From the NCBI RefSeq assembly GCF_030028105.1, contig NC_092376.1, positions 85,386,733-85,450,732 of the forward strand: a DNA stretch of 64,000 bases. Reading direction: 5' to 3'. Source of the stretch: Mobula birostris (taxonomy: Eukaryota). Shown here one piece after another: positions 49,672 through 62,779 of the stretch. A program made the translations under genes and the position numbers. The notes under the pieces are model-generated. The model was not told the DNA's origin. It saw only the letters and a program-made list of their open reading frames with translations, and made no database searches. The first letter of the stretch is position 1; each line of letters begins with the position of its first letter.

Positions 49672-51791
49672 ATTCCAGATATACAAGTGGGAATTAGCTG
49701 GGCTATTATTCAAATACTTCTATTATACTGTAGATGTAAAAATTGACTATGTGCTGTGCTAGGAATGTGTCTTTTATTGCTGGCTGAAAGTATTCATTAA
49801 GCAATTTCAGCAATTAAAATATTAAAGGCAAAGCATTATTATAATATCCATATAATTGTTTCATACATTTTTGGTGTAATGCTGTGGTGGATTACACACA
49901 CAGAAATTTTTTGGGTGGAATTGAATTCTTGTCGAATTATATTGCAGTTCAAATCAGAGGAAACAGTTTCATATTTTGCAATAACAAAATTTAATTCTAT
50001 TTAATTCAATGAATGGAACAAGACAAGCAAACATGAGTCCTCATAAAAAGAACTTTACTGCTTGTGTGCCTGATCTTATGGCAAAGGGATTTAGGGAATT
50101 CTCTCAGTGATTCAGTGTAGTCCAGTGGAGTATTAGTTGGATTAACTTAAACTCGTTCATAAGAAAGCTCTGGTTTTCTTCATTTCAGTGACAATATTCA
50201 CTAAAATGATATCCCAATATCTGACTCAAAATTTGAGTCTGCTGTTTGATAGAAAATTGTCCTGACAATCTGCATTCTTGGATCAGCAAAACATTTATTG
50301 ACAAACAAGCACCTGGTAATGCCTTCATTAATTAGATTGAAGATATTGTAATGCCATCAGAAAGCTACATGGGAAAGATGACCCTAACTGTGAGTCTACA
50401 GTCAGTAAGTGCTACTAGATGTCATTATTTGTGCAAGGAACTCTAACAATGCCTACCTCAGATTGTGAACCTATTTCTCTCTGTGTACACCTATATACAT
50501 ACTGTATAAACAGGAAGGAATGCAACATACTAGAAACAGACATTTTCATGTAATTATCAATTTATATCACATAGAGGAAGATCATTCAGCCCATCATTGG
50601 TAAAGATAACCTTTCTCCATAGCTCATGAATGGTTTCCCTTCAGGCTTTCTTAGTTGTGCTTCATGTCGAATGGATATGATCACTGATTCAATACATTTG
50701 TCAAGAAATTGAAATTTCAAGAAGTCAAATCAACTGTGCATTGTACAATATATATACATTACTTCATACTGTGTCTGAAAGCACAGTGCTCATCATAGCC
50801 TCAATGGACTATTACAAAGATTATTATCTTTGTAGAAACATGCACAATTTAAACCTATTAAATATTTATTCTAAGGACTAAAACTTAACTGAAAATAATA
50901 CATGATGTGAGCTCTATCAGTTCAAGGGTACCCTAGCAATTTGGAGTGTATGAACAGCCATTTTATTGTTAAGTGTGGAGAGTTACAGAGTAAGAATTTA
51001 ACTCATTACATTTCCATAGAATCTCACTCCACTGGAAATGTGAAAGTGAGTGCAGGTCAAAGTGAAGACTGAAACAGATATGTACTTATGACGAAAGGCA
51101 TAGAAAATAGAGCATTACTTTAAAACATGGTGTAGTAGACTGTACTCTCTTGACGTTGAAGCTTAGGAACAGTGGAATCAGAAATTTCGTCTTTGTTGGA
51201 GACCATTTTATATCAATTAGAAGAGTCTGGCAAGAAAATGCTACCAAGCAGCCTTTATCCTAACATATTCACAGAGAATGTAAAATATACTATTTCATTA
51301 TATGAAAGTGAGTCATGCATTAAATATGCTGAGATATCAAGTTATTCTTGGTATTTATTTTAATTAACAGTTTTTTCAATATGTGACAATATCTACATGT
51401 ATCATTACTATAACTAAGGTTGCAAGTAATTTTAATTTTTATCTTGCAATTCTTAATGTGGGTGTCAAAACTGCTTGCTAATCAAACCTTAGAAAACTGT
51501 CCTCATTAGGATCTGATTGGTTGCATTAATTTCTGGTGAATATACCATCATTCACAATACTAGTTTTGACAATGTTTATTACAATACACCTACAGATTTT
51601 CTATAAGGAAGAAAGGAATAATGTTTGTGGCTTCTCTTTTACCTTGCAAAATCATTTTGCCTTATACAATTTCAAAACATAACAAAGGATTGAGGAAGCA
51701 ACCCAGAAGGGATGAACGGAAGAAAAAGAAATGAAGGAGAAAGAAATAGGGGAAAATAGTTGTTTCAGTAGCCCAGGATACATCACAGGAC

Positions 51792-51795
<4 letters not shown>

Positions 51796-51825
<30 letters not shown>

Positions 51826-51880
51826 TTTTGTTTTATGGCGGTTGGCAACCAGTTTTCACTGCATTACCGCCACCTGCTAG
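51796..51880 (-). mobile_element. Nimb/I-group-like LINE 3' end with stem-loop and (AAG)n tail
   Basis: (CTT)n 51796-51825; stem TGGCGGT (51836-42) / ACCGCCA (51866-72). Confidence 0.6.
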
Positions 51881-53409
51881 ACTTCTTGTGTTCCAACAAA
51901 ATATGTCCTGGGGTTCTCTACTTTAGACAATCTAGTTCAGCCTGCTGTTCTCTACTAGCATCACTCTGTAGCTGCAATTCCTCGTGAATGCTTAATGCAC
52001 TCATTAGATAATGCCACAAACTGCTATTCTTCCCTAATTTTGTCACGTTTTCGTGTAGTTGCATTACCTCAATTACAGTGATTTCATCTACATCACTTGT
52101 AAGACTAAAATCGTCTTGTTAAAGAAAAGTAATTATCGCACATTATACTTTTAAAATTGCTGTTTCTTCAAGTCTACCTGCTTTTCCAGGTTTTCCTTTT
52201 TCACAGGACCTTGGAGCCATTTAAACACTTTTGGAGTAAATGCTTTAATGTGGCAAGCAGTTGGTAAGTTTTCACAGCTGGTTGTGTTTAGACTATTGGC
52301 TTTGATACCTGCAGCCTGTTCTGATTGGGGTAAAGGACAATATAAGCAACTGTCTTTAAGCAATGGGATGACCTGCTTCTGCAAAAATGGTGAGGGTGAG
52401 GGTTTGTTGGAGGTAAGCACATGCATGTGCATTGCAGCACAGAGCTCTGTTAAGTAATAGCACATATATGTAAAAAAAATTGCTCCACTCTAGTTTAAGC
52501 CAATTTTCAAAACAAATTTAAGAGCTACATGCATTAATTTCTCAGCCAGTATCTTTTGTATCTATTGGAGTTATAAATCTTATTCCCTGGCTTTTAAATT
52601 TCAATTGAAAATGGCACCTCAGTATAACAATCCCCCCCACCAATACCAGCACAGGGGATGAGGGCATTATCCTGCATTTTGCACTCAAATCACCAAAGAG
52701 GAACAGTTAAAAAGCAAGTTAAATTTTACAGAAAATGTAAAAAGAAGTGACAGAAAGACTGGAAAACAAGGGAAGGAAATGTAGGGAACCACCCAATGAG
52801 TATGAATATTTCCATATCAAGTATGTCATGACTGCCTTTACTGCAATCCGTCTAAAGTGGACAATAGATATAGAATGCACTTTTGAAGACAGCAAAGATG
52901 TACTTTCAAAATTTCAGTATTTACGACAGTTATTGTTCTCAGAAAAGATTTCAAAGTTATGAAGATTTTCACAAAATGAAAATGAAATGAGGCTGTGTAG
53001 TGTTGAATGAGATTCACGGGGCCCACAAATGAGACAGGAGATGCACTGTCTGCGAATAGGTATGTTACTCATTTATTTATAAGCAAATAAACATTCAACC
53101 AAACATTCATGTTCCCTAAGTTACAGATGCTGCAAAGCTGAATATTTAACAAATATGCACACATTCAACAAATAAACTTAGTTAATAGTGTGTGCAGAGC
53201 ATGCCTTTCAAATGGCATTGTGCATCACTTGCTTTAAACAAAGGAAGAGAGTCAGACCCTCCCACACATGCTCCCTATATACCCAGGATATTTGAAACTG
53301 GACACCAGGCAGCAATCCAATGGGAAAAGCAGCTGCAGTTTCAAAACAAACCAATCACAATGGAAGTAACTTTTGACAATTTAGAATAAGACAAGAACAG
53401 ACACCTTTA

Positions 53410-53600
53410 GGCAGAATAATGCAGATGCTTGAAATTTTAAATATGTATAGAACTACTCAGAATATCCATCAGCATTCATGAAGAGAGAATTGAGGAAAAT
53501 TGTTTCAGTTCAATGACATTTCATCAGAATTTCTGATGATAGGTAATCAAACTGAAACATAAACTGGACTACTATTAATAGATGCCACATGGCCTTTATC
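53410..53600. mobile_element. Palindromic Penelope-derived miniature element with two back-to-back hammerhead relics
   Basis: GTTTC (53502-06)...TCATCAG (53521-27) AATTT CTGATGA (53533-39)...GAAAC (53554-58); GCAGATGCT pLTR terminus at left and AGATGC at right. Confidence 0.7.
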
Positions 53601-54149
53601 ATTGAGAACTTATTTCCTCCAAAGGCCAAAGCTGTGCTAGTGAACTGATTGACTCATTGATACCTGGCTGCTGAGGAAAAAGTAAATAGTCCATGTTTTC
53701 CTAGATCTTGTTGCTCTCCTTTTAGCAGGGGTAGAATGAAGATGAATTTCTGAGGCAGCCACATGTGAGAAAGATTGAGGCTAAAAAAAGGTTTTGCATA
53801 ATTATTGATGCTACGCCCTGCATACCTTTTAAAGCTGTCATGGTTGTGTCCAAACTCTGGCACAAAGCACATGGTCTACCAGACAGTGATCCACACCCTC
53901 TGGAACATTTCACAGATTGCATCTGCCTACAGCAAGTACTGCAAAGCACGGAGAGGTACCACCATTGCTTTCTGTGGGAAATCCTCAAATTCACTGGTAG
54001 CTTAAGTGAACTAATTTGGGTATCCTCTTTCAAGCCAGTCCCCAGCTTTGAAGCTGATATTATGCTAAGCCAGGTTCATGAGTGCTCATATTGCCCACTC
54101 AGGACCCAGAAAACAGACTTCTAGATCCAAGCTGAATCACACCAAGAAA

Positions 54150-55360
54150 TTACTATGAATTATACAACACAGAAATAGGCCCATCAACCTAACTGGTCCA
54201 CATTGATCAAAATGCCCATCTAAGTTATTTGCATTTGCCCACGTTTGGCCTTTATTATCCATATACCTGTCCAAGTCCCCTTTAAATATAGTTAATGTAC
54301 CTGCCTCAACCACTTTCTCTGGCAGTTCATTCCATGTAATGACCAGTCTCTGGGTGAAAAAAAGAATTGCTTCTCAGGTTCTTATTAAATCTCTCCTTTC
54401 TCAACTTAAACCTATGCTTCTAGTTCTCGATTTCCCAATCCTGGGAAAAAGAATGTGTGAGTTGACCCCATTTGTACTCCACTTCATTTTATACACCTCC
54501 AGAAGATCACTGTTAGTTCTACACCCCAATAAAATGTCCCATTCTGCTCAATTTCTCTCCATAACTCAGTTCTTCAAATTCTGGTAACATCCTTGCAAAC
54601 CTCTACACTCTTTCCAGCTTATCCACATCTTCCCTATTGCAGAATGACCAAATGTGAACATAATATTTCAAATCAGCCCCACCAGCATCTGGTACAACTG
54701 TAACATAACATCCCAACTTTTATACTCAGAGCCCTTCCTGATGAATGTTAAAATGTCAAAAGCCTTCTTCACCTCCCCACCTACATGCAACAGCAATTTC
54801 AGGCAACTATATTCTTGTACTGAGGCCCCTCTGTTCGACAAAACTTCCTAGGACCCTAATGTTCACTGAAATGTCTGCCTTCTTTTGTTTTCTCAAAATG
54901 CACCACCTTGCACTTACCGAAATTAAATTCCACTCACCCTTCTTCGACCCATTGACGAGCTGATCAACATCCCTCTATAAGTTCTGATTAGCGTCTTCAC
55001 TGTCAATGATGGCCATCTATTCAGTGTCGTCTGCAAACTTACTAACCATACTTTGTACTTTCTTATCCAAATAATTGACATAAATAACCAAATAGCAATG
55101 GGCCTAGCACCGAGCCTTGATAAACTATTAGTCATGGGCCTTCAGTCCATAAAGCAACTTTCCACCAACACCTTCTGCTTCCTACCATGAAAACAATTCT
55201 GTATGCAATCAGCTAGTGGCCCTGGATTCTTCACTATCTAAATTTCCATAGCAGATTATCATCAAGAACTTTTTCAAAGGCCTTACTGAAGTCCACAAAA
55301 ACCATGTATACTCCCCCACCTTCTTGGTTACTTCTTCAAAAGACTCAATCAAATTGTGAG
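54150..55360 (-). mobile_element. CR1 RT/3' fragment, old and decayed
   Basis: Antisense DFSKAFEKV (55270-55300), KFADD (55024-55041) and C-terminal motifs. Confidence 0.85.
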
Positions 55361-55366
55361 ATATTG

Positions 55367-55650
55367 GGCACCATGTTGGTGTGGAGGTTAGTGAAACACT
55401 CTCACAGCTCGGGGCTCTGGAGGTCGGAATTCAGTTCCAATGTCATCTGTAGGAGTTTGTACGTGCTCCACGTGGAATGCGTAGGTTTCCTCCCACATTC
55501 CAAAGACATACCAGTTAGTAGGTTAATTGGTCGTTGTAAGTTGTCCCATGATTAAGCTACAGTTAACTAGGTGGGTTGCTGGAAGTATAGCTCATTAGGC
55601 CAGAAGTGTCTGTTCCATGATGTATCTCTAAATGAATATTAAATAAATAA
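55367..55650 (+). mobile_element. V-SINE/HE1-like SINE
   Basis: tRNA-like head, CTGTAGGAGTTTGTACG, GGTTTCCTCCCACATTCCAAAGAC, (AAAT)n tail. Confidence 0.82.
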
Positions 55651-56254
55651 GTGATCACCAATGCACAAGGCTGTCCTGACTATCCATAAATTAACCCATG
55701 TCTTTCAGAATGCTAGTTCCTCTAGTTTCCTACTAGTTTCTCTAGTAACTTACTCACCACTGATATTAATGATGCAAGGGTGTTTTCAAATCTCCCTCGA
55801 TGAAATATAACATCATTATCGACTTATGGGAATCCTTGCCGATGAGAGATGAAAGCAAAGAAGGTGCATTTGGGAAGGCACTGAGTACCTTTGGGTCTCT
55901 CTGCTTGGAGCGTATGGAAGGAGAGTGGAGTGGCAGGCAGTCTTCATGACATCACATGCTGCACATGCGGAATTGAACTACACTGCTCCAGTATCTGCCA
56001 TTCCTGCACTGGTCACAAAACCCACCAGACCAAAAAGGCAACAGGTTTGAGGAGTTGCTTAAGAGGAAAACTGAGGAATATCATCAGTTTTTGTTTGTAA
56101 CACAACATATTGTTCATATGGTTACTTCACCATTTTCTACATTCTGAATGACTTGGAGATTCTTCGAGATCACAAGAAATCAACGATTGTTGGATATTCT
56201 TAAGAGCAAATCCACTAACTAGATAACTAATAGCAAAGCTGACTTCTTTTAAAA

Positions 56255-56815
56255 CCAGCAGTACCCCCAAAAGCTTCAGTACCTTCTACAGGAGTAATAG
56301 CTCCAACAGAAACAATATTCCCCTGCAATACCAATATCTCCCCGCGATACCAATACCTCCCTGCGATACCAATACCTCCCTGCAATACTAGTCCCACCCT
56401 GCAAAACCAGTATCCCTCTGGAATATCAGTCCACCCACAATACCAGTATCCTCCACAATACCCGTACCACCTGTAATACCAGTTGCTCCCCTGAAATACC
56501 AGTACCCCCTACAATGCCAGTACCCCTTGTAATACCAGTATCCCCCCTGTAATACCAGTATGCCCTGTAATACCAGTTGCTCCTCCAAAATGCCAGTACC
56601 CCTTGTAATACCAGTATCACCCCCATAATACCAGTACCCTCTACTATACCGGTGTCCCCTGTAATACCAGTGTCCCCTGCAATACCAGTACCCTCTGGAA
56701 TACCAATATCCCCTGTAATACCAGTACCTCCAACAATAACAGCACCTTCTACCGCATCAATACTCCTAAATGCATGAGAGTTTCCAATAGCCCTAGTATC
56801 TTCAGTACCAATACT
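56255..56815. repeat. ~18-19-bp minisatellite (CCCCTGTAATACCAGTA consensus)
   Basis: More than 20 imperfect AATACCAGT-containing units; strong C>G strand skew. Confidence 0.92.
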
Positions 56816-56821
56816 GAATGC

Positions 56822-57457
56822 AATTGACAATAAACTGGACTGGTCAAAGAACACCGAGGCTGTCTACAAGAAGGGTCAGAGCCATCTCTATTTCCTGAGG
56901 AGACTGAGGTCCTTTAACATCTGCCGGATGATGCTGAGGATGTTCTACGAATCTGTGATGGCCAGTGCTATCATGTTTGCTGTTGTGTGCTGGTGCAGCA
57001 GGCTGAGGGTAGCAGACACCAACAGAATCAACAAACTCATTCGTAAGGCCAGTGATGTTGTGGGGATGGAACTGGACTCTCTCGCGGTGGTGTCTGAAAA
57101 GAGGATGCTGTCTAAGTTGCATGCCATATTGGTCAATTTCTCCCATCCACTACATAATGTACTGGGTGGGCACAGGAGTACATTCAGCCAGAGACTCATT
57201 CCACCGAGATGCAACACAGAGCATCATAGGAAGTCATTCCTGCCTGTGGCCATCAAACTTTACAACTCCTCCCTTGGAGGGTCAGACACCCTGAGCCAAT
57301 AGGCTGGTCCTGGACTTATTTCATAATTTACTGGCATAATTTACATATTACTATTTAACTATTTATGGTTCTATTACTATTTATTATTTATGTTGCAACT
57401 GCAATGAAAGCCAATTTCCCCCGGGATCAATAAAGTATGACTATGACTATGACTATA
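56822..57457 (+). mobile_element. Rex1/Babar-like LINE 3' fragment, same family as 1808-3152
   Basis: MFYESVMASAIMFAVVCW...SFLPVAIKLYN; 3' UTR nearly identical to reverse complement of 1808-1915; (CTATGA)n tail. Confidence 0.93.
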
Positions 57458-57825
57458 ATAGTACTTGCTAAACACCAGGATCTCCAACTACACAAGAACT
57501 TGCAGTTGTACCAGTACTGCCAAGAACATTTGTATTTCCCCTAGCATGGTGTGCTCACTAATCTTGACTTATCCAAAGGCATTGTTCACTCTAATACCAT
57601 CAATAGCTCCTACAGGGTCATTTTCTCCAATGGTGCCTGTTCCCCCAAAATTGCTCTTTATCAAGCAGAGTCCTCAAATGCCCCAACAGTTTCACGTACA
57701 CTAGTATTTCTAACACCACCAGTAATATTAACAACATGGGGTTGTCCTACACCATCAGTAAGTTCAACAGCTTGGCTAATTCCAGTAACCTTGATTTCTT
57801 TAAAGTACCAGCAGCTTTATTAAGG

Positions 57826-58120
57826 AGAGGTAAAGATTAGCTTTATTTGTCACCTGTTCATTGAAACATACCGTGAAATGCGTTGTTTGCGTCAACAACT
57901 AATACAGCCCAAGGATTGTGTTGGGGTCAGCCGGCAAGTGTTGCCGTACTTCCTGAACCAACATTGCATGCCCACAACTCTTTGGAATGTGAGAGCAAAC
58001 TGGAGCAACCAGAGAAAACGCCCTTGGTCACAGGGAGAATATATCAACTCCTTACAGACACTGGCAGGTGTTGAAGCCCAACTGATGTTGCACTTTCTGC
58101 TAAGTTACTGCACACTGTGC
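57826..58120 (-). mobile_element. V-SINE/HE1-like SINE with LINE-type tail
   Basis: Antisense V-domain (TTTGGAATGTGAGAGCAAACTGGAGCA...AACTCCTTACAGAC); AATAAA on minus near 57842-57847. Confidence 0.78.
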
Positions 58121-59144
58121 AATTAGCAGCAGTATCCTCAACACACCACTCTCTCCATCAGTCCCTTTAGCTCTAATATACCACCACCCTGCATCAGCAA
58201 TTCCAGCAGCATTTGTAGCTGTTACATCCAGTTGTGATTATCTCTAACAGCATAGATTCCTCAAACACTCTTGGCCATTCCAGCAGTAATGGACAGCTTT
58301 TTAGCAAATTGCTTTCATCGGCAGCACCACTGCCTTCAACAGCAGTACTTAAACAGCACAGTTGTGCCCAAGAGTACCACTATATCCAACCCCATCAATA
58401 CTTCTGATAGTATAGCTCTGTCTAACAAATGCAGCGGCTATGGCTTTCAAACATTTCCAAGATCTCCTTTCCTGATGTCATTTGGTGTATTATTATCACC
58501 ACCAGCACGATTACTAATGTTCTATCAGTAATTCAATGGTACCTCCAACAGCATCATGATCTTTCATTACATCATTACTTCTATATAGGTCCGAAAGAAC
58601 TGACATTTTTAACAACATCTATACCTCCAATAGTACTAATGCAGATTTAGAATTTCAAGTGTTGCAAAAAAAACATTTAAAAAGAGGGGCAGAAGAGACA
58701 GTGGATGCTGCAACCTGGAGCAGCAAACAATCTGCTGGAGGAGCTGAATGGGTCAAGTGGCATCTGTAGGATGAAATAAACTATTTATTGTCTGAGAATA
58801 GTTATACTGCATACTTTGTGTTCTGCTAACTTACACAACTTTCCCTGATCTCAGAAACACAGTGCTGACCATGAAATTAATGGTAGTGGCAGAGAGCTTG
58901 TATTTTTCTACCACCCAGAGCTTAAATGTGCAATCTGGAGTGTATGAGTTGTGGTTTATATCACAGCCAGAGCCAGCCCTTCTCATTTGAATTGATCTGT
59001 TAATAGTCCCTGGATGCTAACTGTATTTATGGAAAAAAAACAATTTTATCTCTTTCCACACCTGTCTTGGTGTCATAGTCACAGAGTTTTATAGCTCTTC
59101 AGTCTCACCACACCCATGAGAATAATGAGGAACTTACCTACATT

Positions 59145-62100
59145 GGGGGCCTTGACGACCATGTGATTTCAGTCTCTGAGGCCAACAAGAGATTATTCTT
59201 CATGAGGGTAAATTCATAGAACGCATCTGGCTCAGACAGTGTACCTGGCCAAGTACTGAAGACTTGTGTTAATTAACTGGCTTCAGTGTTTATAAACATC
59301 TTCAGATTCTCACTTCTGCTGTCTGAGGTACCCACCTGCTTCAAGCAGGTTTCATTCAATCTGGTGCCCAAGAAGAATATGGCATCCTGCCTCAATGATT
59401 ATTATTCAATAGCACTTGCATCCACTGTGATGAAGTGCTTTGAGAGGTTGGTCATTAAGCATTTCAATTTCTGCCTGAGGAGTGACATGAATCTGCTCCA
59501 GTTTGCCTACTGTAGCAACAGATCCGACAGCAGATGCCTCTCCATTCAGCTCTGGAATATCTGGATAATGACGATGCATACACCAGGATGTTCTTCATTG
59601 ATACAACTCTCAAAACTAATCACAAAGCTCAAGGCCTAGGCCTCAATACCTACCATTCAAGTGGATACTCAATTTCCTCGCAGATTCCAGTCAGTAAAGA
59701 TTAGCAACAACATCTCCTCCACAATCACCACCTTTCCCCCTTTCCCTTCATGCTCTGACTAGTCAAAAATCTATCAAAATCTGCCTTAAATATACCCAAT
59801 GACTTGGCCTCCACAGCCAACTGTGGCAACAGATCCCACAGATTCACCACTCTCTGGCTAAAGAAATTCCTCCTCATCTCCATTCTAAAAGGATGCCTCT
59901 CTATTCTGAGGTTGTGTCCTCTGGTCTTAGACACTCCAACCATAGGAAACATCCTCTCCATATCAAGGCCTTTTACCATTCAATAGGTTTCAATGAGGTT
60001 ACCCTCATTCTTCTGAATTCCAGTGAATACAGGCCAAGTGTCATCAAATGCTCATTATATAACAAGTCATTCAATCCCAGAGCCATTTTCATGAACCTCC
60101 TTTGAACACTCTCCAATGTCACCACATCCTTTCAAAGATATGGGGCCTAAAACTGTGCACACTACTCCAAGTGAAGCCTTACCAGTGCTCTATAGAGATT
60201 CAACATTACATCCTTGCTTTAATATTCTAGTTCTCTTGAAATAAATGCTAACATTACATTTGCCTTCCTCACCAACAAATTAACTCAACCTGCAAATTAG
60301 GAAATCCTGCACAAGGACTCACAAGTCCCTTTGCACCTCAGAATTTTTAATTTTCTGTCCATTTAGAAAATAATCTCCCCTTTTATTTCTTCTGCCGAGT
60401 TGCATGACCATACACTTCCCAACACTGTATTCCATCTGCCACTTCTTTGCCCGTTCTTCTAACCTGTCCATCCTGTAGCCTCTCTACTTCCTCAAAACTA
60501 CCTGCCCTTCCTCCTGTCTTCATATTGTCCGCAAACTTTGCAACAAAGCCATCAGCTCTGTCATCCAAGTCATTGACATATAACATAAAAAGAAGCCGTC
60601 CTAACACAGACCTCTGTGGAATACTACTATTCACAGGCAGCCAACCAGAAAAGGCTCCTTTATTCTCACTCTTTGTCTTCTACCAATACATGCTCTATCC
60701 ATGTTAGTATCTTTCCTTTAACACCACGGGCTCTTAACTTGTTAAGTAGCCTTATGTGTGACACCTTGTCAAAGGCCTTCTGAAAATCCAAGTACACAAC
60801 ATCCATCAATTTTCTTTTGTCTATCCTGTTTGTTATTTCTTGAAAGAATTCCAACAGATTTGTCAGGCAAGATTTTTCCCTTGAGGAAACCATCCTGACT
60901 GCAGCCTATTTTATCACATGCATTCAAGTACCCCAAAACCACATCCTTAGCAATCAAATCCAATATCTTCCCAACTACTGAGGTCAGACTAACTGGCCTA
61001 TAATTTCCTTTCTTATGTCTCTCTCCTTTCTTAAGAATGGAGTGACGTTTGCAATTTTCCAGTCTTCTGGAAGCATTCTGGAATCTAGTGATTCTTTAAA
61101 GATTATTATTCGTGCATCCACAATTTTTTCAGCCACCTCTTTCAGAACCCCGTCTAGTTCAGTAGAACTATCTAGTAGAGCCCCCTGCTCTACTCACCTT
61201 ATACTTGTGATTGTGTGGCTAAGTAAAGCTCTGATGACATATTTAATTTTTGCTGACAACACTACTGTTGCCAAAATCAAACATGGTGACAAATCGGCAT
61301 ATACAGTAGAGGGACATTGAAAATCTGGCTGAGTGCTGTCACAACAACAACTTCTCACTCAATGTCAGGAAAACCAAAGAGCTAATTATTGACTACAGAA
61401 GGAAGATGCTGGAGGTCCATGAGCCAGTCGTCATTAAGCGGTCGGAGGTGGAGAGGGTCAGTGAATTCTCTGGTTTTATCAAATCAGAGGATCTGTCCTG
61501 GGTCCAGCATGTAAGTACCATTTCAAAGAAGGCACAGAAACACCTCTACTTTCTTAAAGGTTTGTGTAGATTCAGCATGTCATCTAAGTCCTTGACAGAC
61601 TTCTATAGATACACAATGGAGAGTATCTTAACTGGTTGCATCATGGCCTGGTATGGAAACACCAATGCCCAGGAATGGAAATATTTACAGTAAGTGGTGG
61701 ATGCAGCATAGCCCATCACAGGCAAAGCCCTCCCCACCATTGAGCATATTTACAAAGATCTCTACCACAGGAAAGCAACATCCATCATCAAAGACTCCCA
61801 TCATTGAGGTCATGCTCTCTTTTCACTACCACTATGGGGTAGGAGGAAAAGAGCCTTAGATCCCACACCACGAGGTTTAGGGGCAGTTGTTACCTTATAA
61901 CCTTCAGGCTCCTGAAATGGCATAGATAATTTTATAACCTCAGGTCTAAACTGATTTCACAGCCTCCAGACTCACTTTCAAGGACTCCACAACACATGTA
62001 CTCAGTATTATTTATTTATTTTATTTGCACAATTTGTCTTATTTTACTAATTGGTAGCTTGTCAACTTTTGTTTATATACAGTTTTCCATAAATTCTATT

Positions 62101-62178
62101 GTATTTCTTTATTTTCTTGTAGGTGCTTGTAAGAAGATGAATCTCAGGGTACTGTAAGGTGATATATACACACTTGAA
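59145..62178 (+). mobile_element. Rex-Babar-like LINE RT/3' region split by an antisense CR1
   Basis: Left part LNDYYSIALASTVMKCFERLV...ISSTIT (to ~59730); resumes SPLLYS..FADNT at ~61180 and continues to 3' UTR ~62178. Confidence 0.85.
59732..61149 (-). mobile_element. CR1 RT/3' fragment nested in the Rex-like LINE
   Basis: SCLTNLLEFF, YLDFQKAFDKVSH, KFADN, TRGHNLRI..RRNFFSQRVVNLW on minus. Confidence 0.93.
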
Positions 62179-62779
62179 TAGTAGGAACAGGTTTAATAGT
62201 AAATCGCCTTTAAAAGGAATGGAATATGCACTTGTAAGTAAGAAAGAAAAATGTAACATTGCATACAATGCCAAGTGGTCAGGCTAATTGGCATTTTGAG
62301 CCTAAAGCCTTTGACATCTATGGTTTAATTGAAAACTTTTAATTTGCATTCTACATGCATCAATGCTGGAGAATATTGTTCCTTGTGAAACTCTTGTGTA
62401 CCTTAAGTCACAATGAGAAATCAGTTTTTGATGGCTGTATAATATTTGTGATTGCAAAATTGATAGCTATTTTACAACCCACCCCACCCGCATCTTTAAT
62501 TTAATCTTCAGTGTTTCATTATAATCAGTTTGCATAACAATATTTGTCAAAGTTTGCAATTCCTTTTTATTTTGAAAAATTTTCAACCTGAGATCAAAAG
62601 TCTTGCATGACTCCATGTATTTTAATAAATTAGTACAAAGGGAGGAAGAAGAGGTTTCAATGTGTGTGCGAGCATGTGTTGGTAAAATTCACCTCTTCCT
62701 TCAATATGCTTGCACATTTGATCAGTTGAAGAAAAAGTTATTTGAAAATAAAATAAAATCTAGCAGAAAATTAATAAAT

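Noticed and set aside
53654-54124. Overlapping Cys-rich ORFs, possible Tx1 C-terminal zinc knuckle
   Set aside because: CSRGCG is suggestive but no other motif or splice context is convincing.
56388-56854. Collagen-like or Pro-rich ORFs
   Set aside because: By-product of an 18-19-bp minisatellite; unit length varies, causing frameshifts; the longest ORF starts inside the adjacent LINE.
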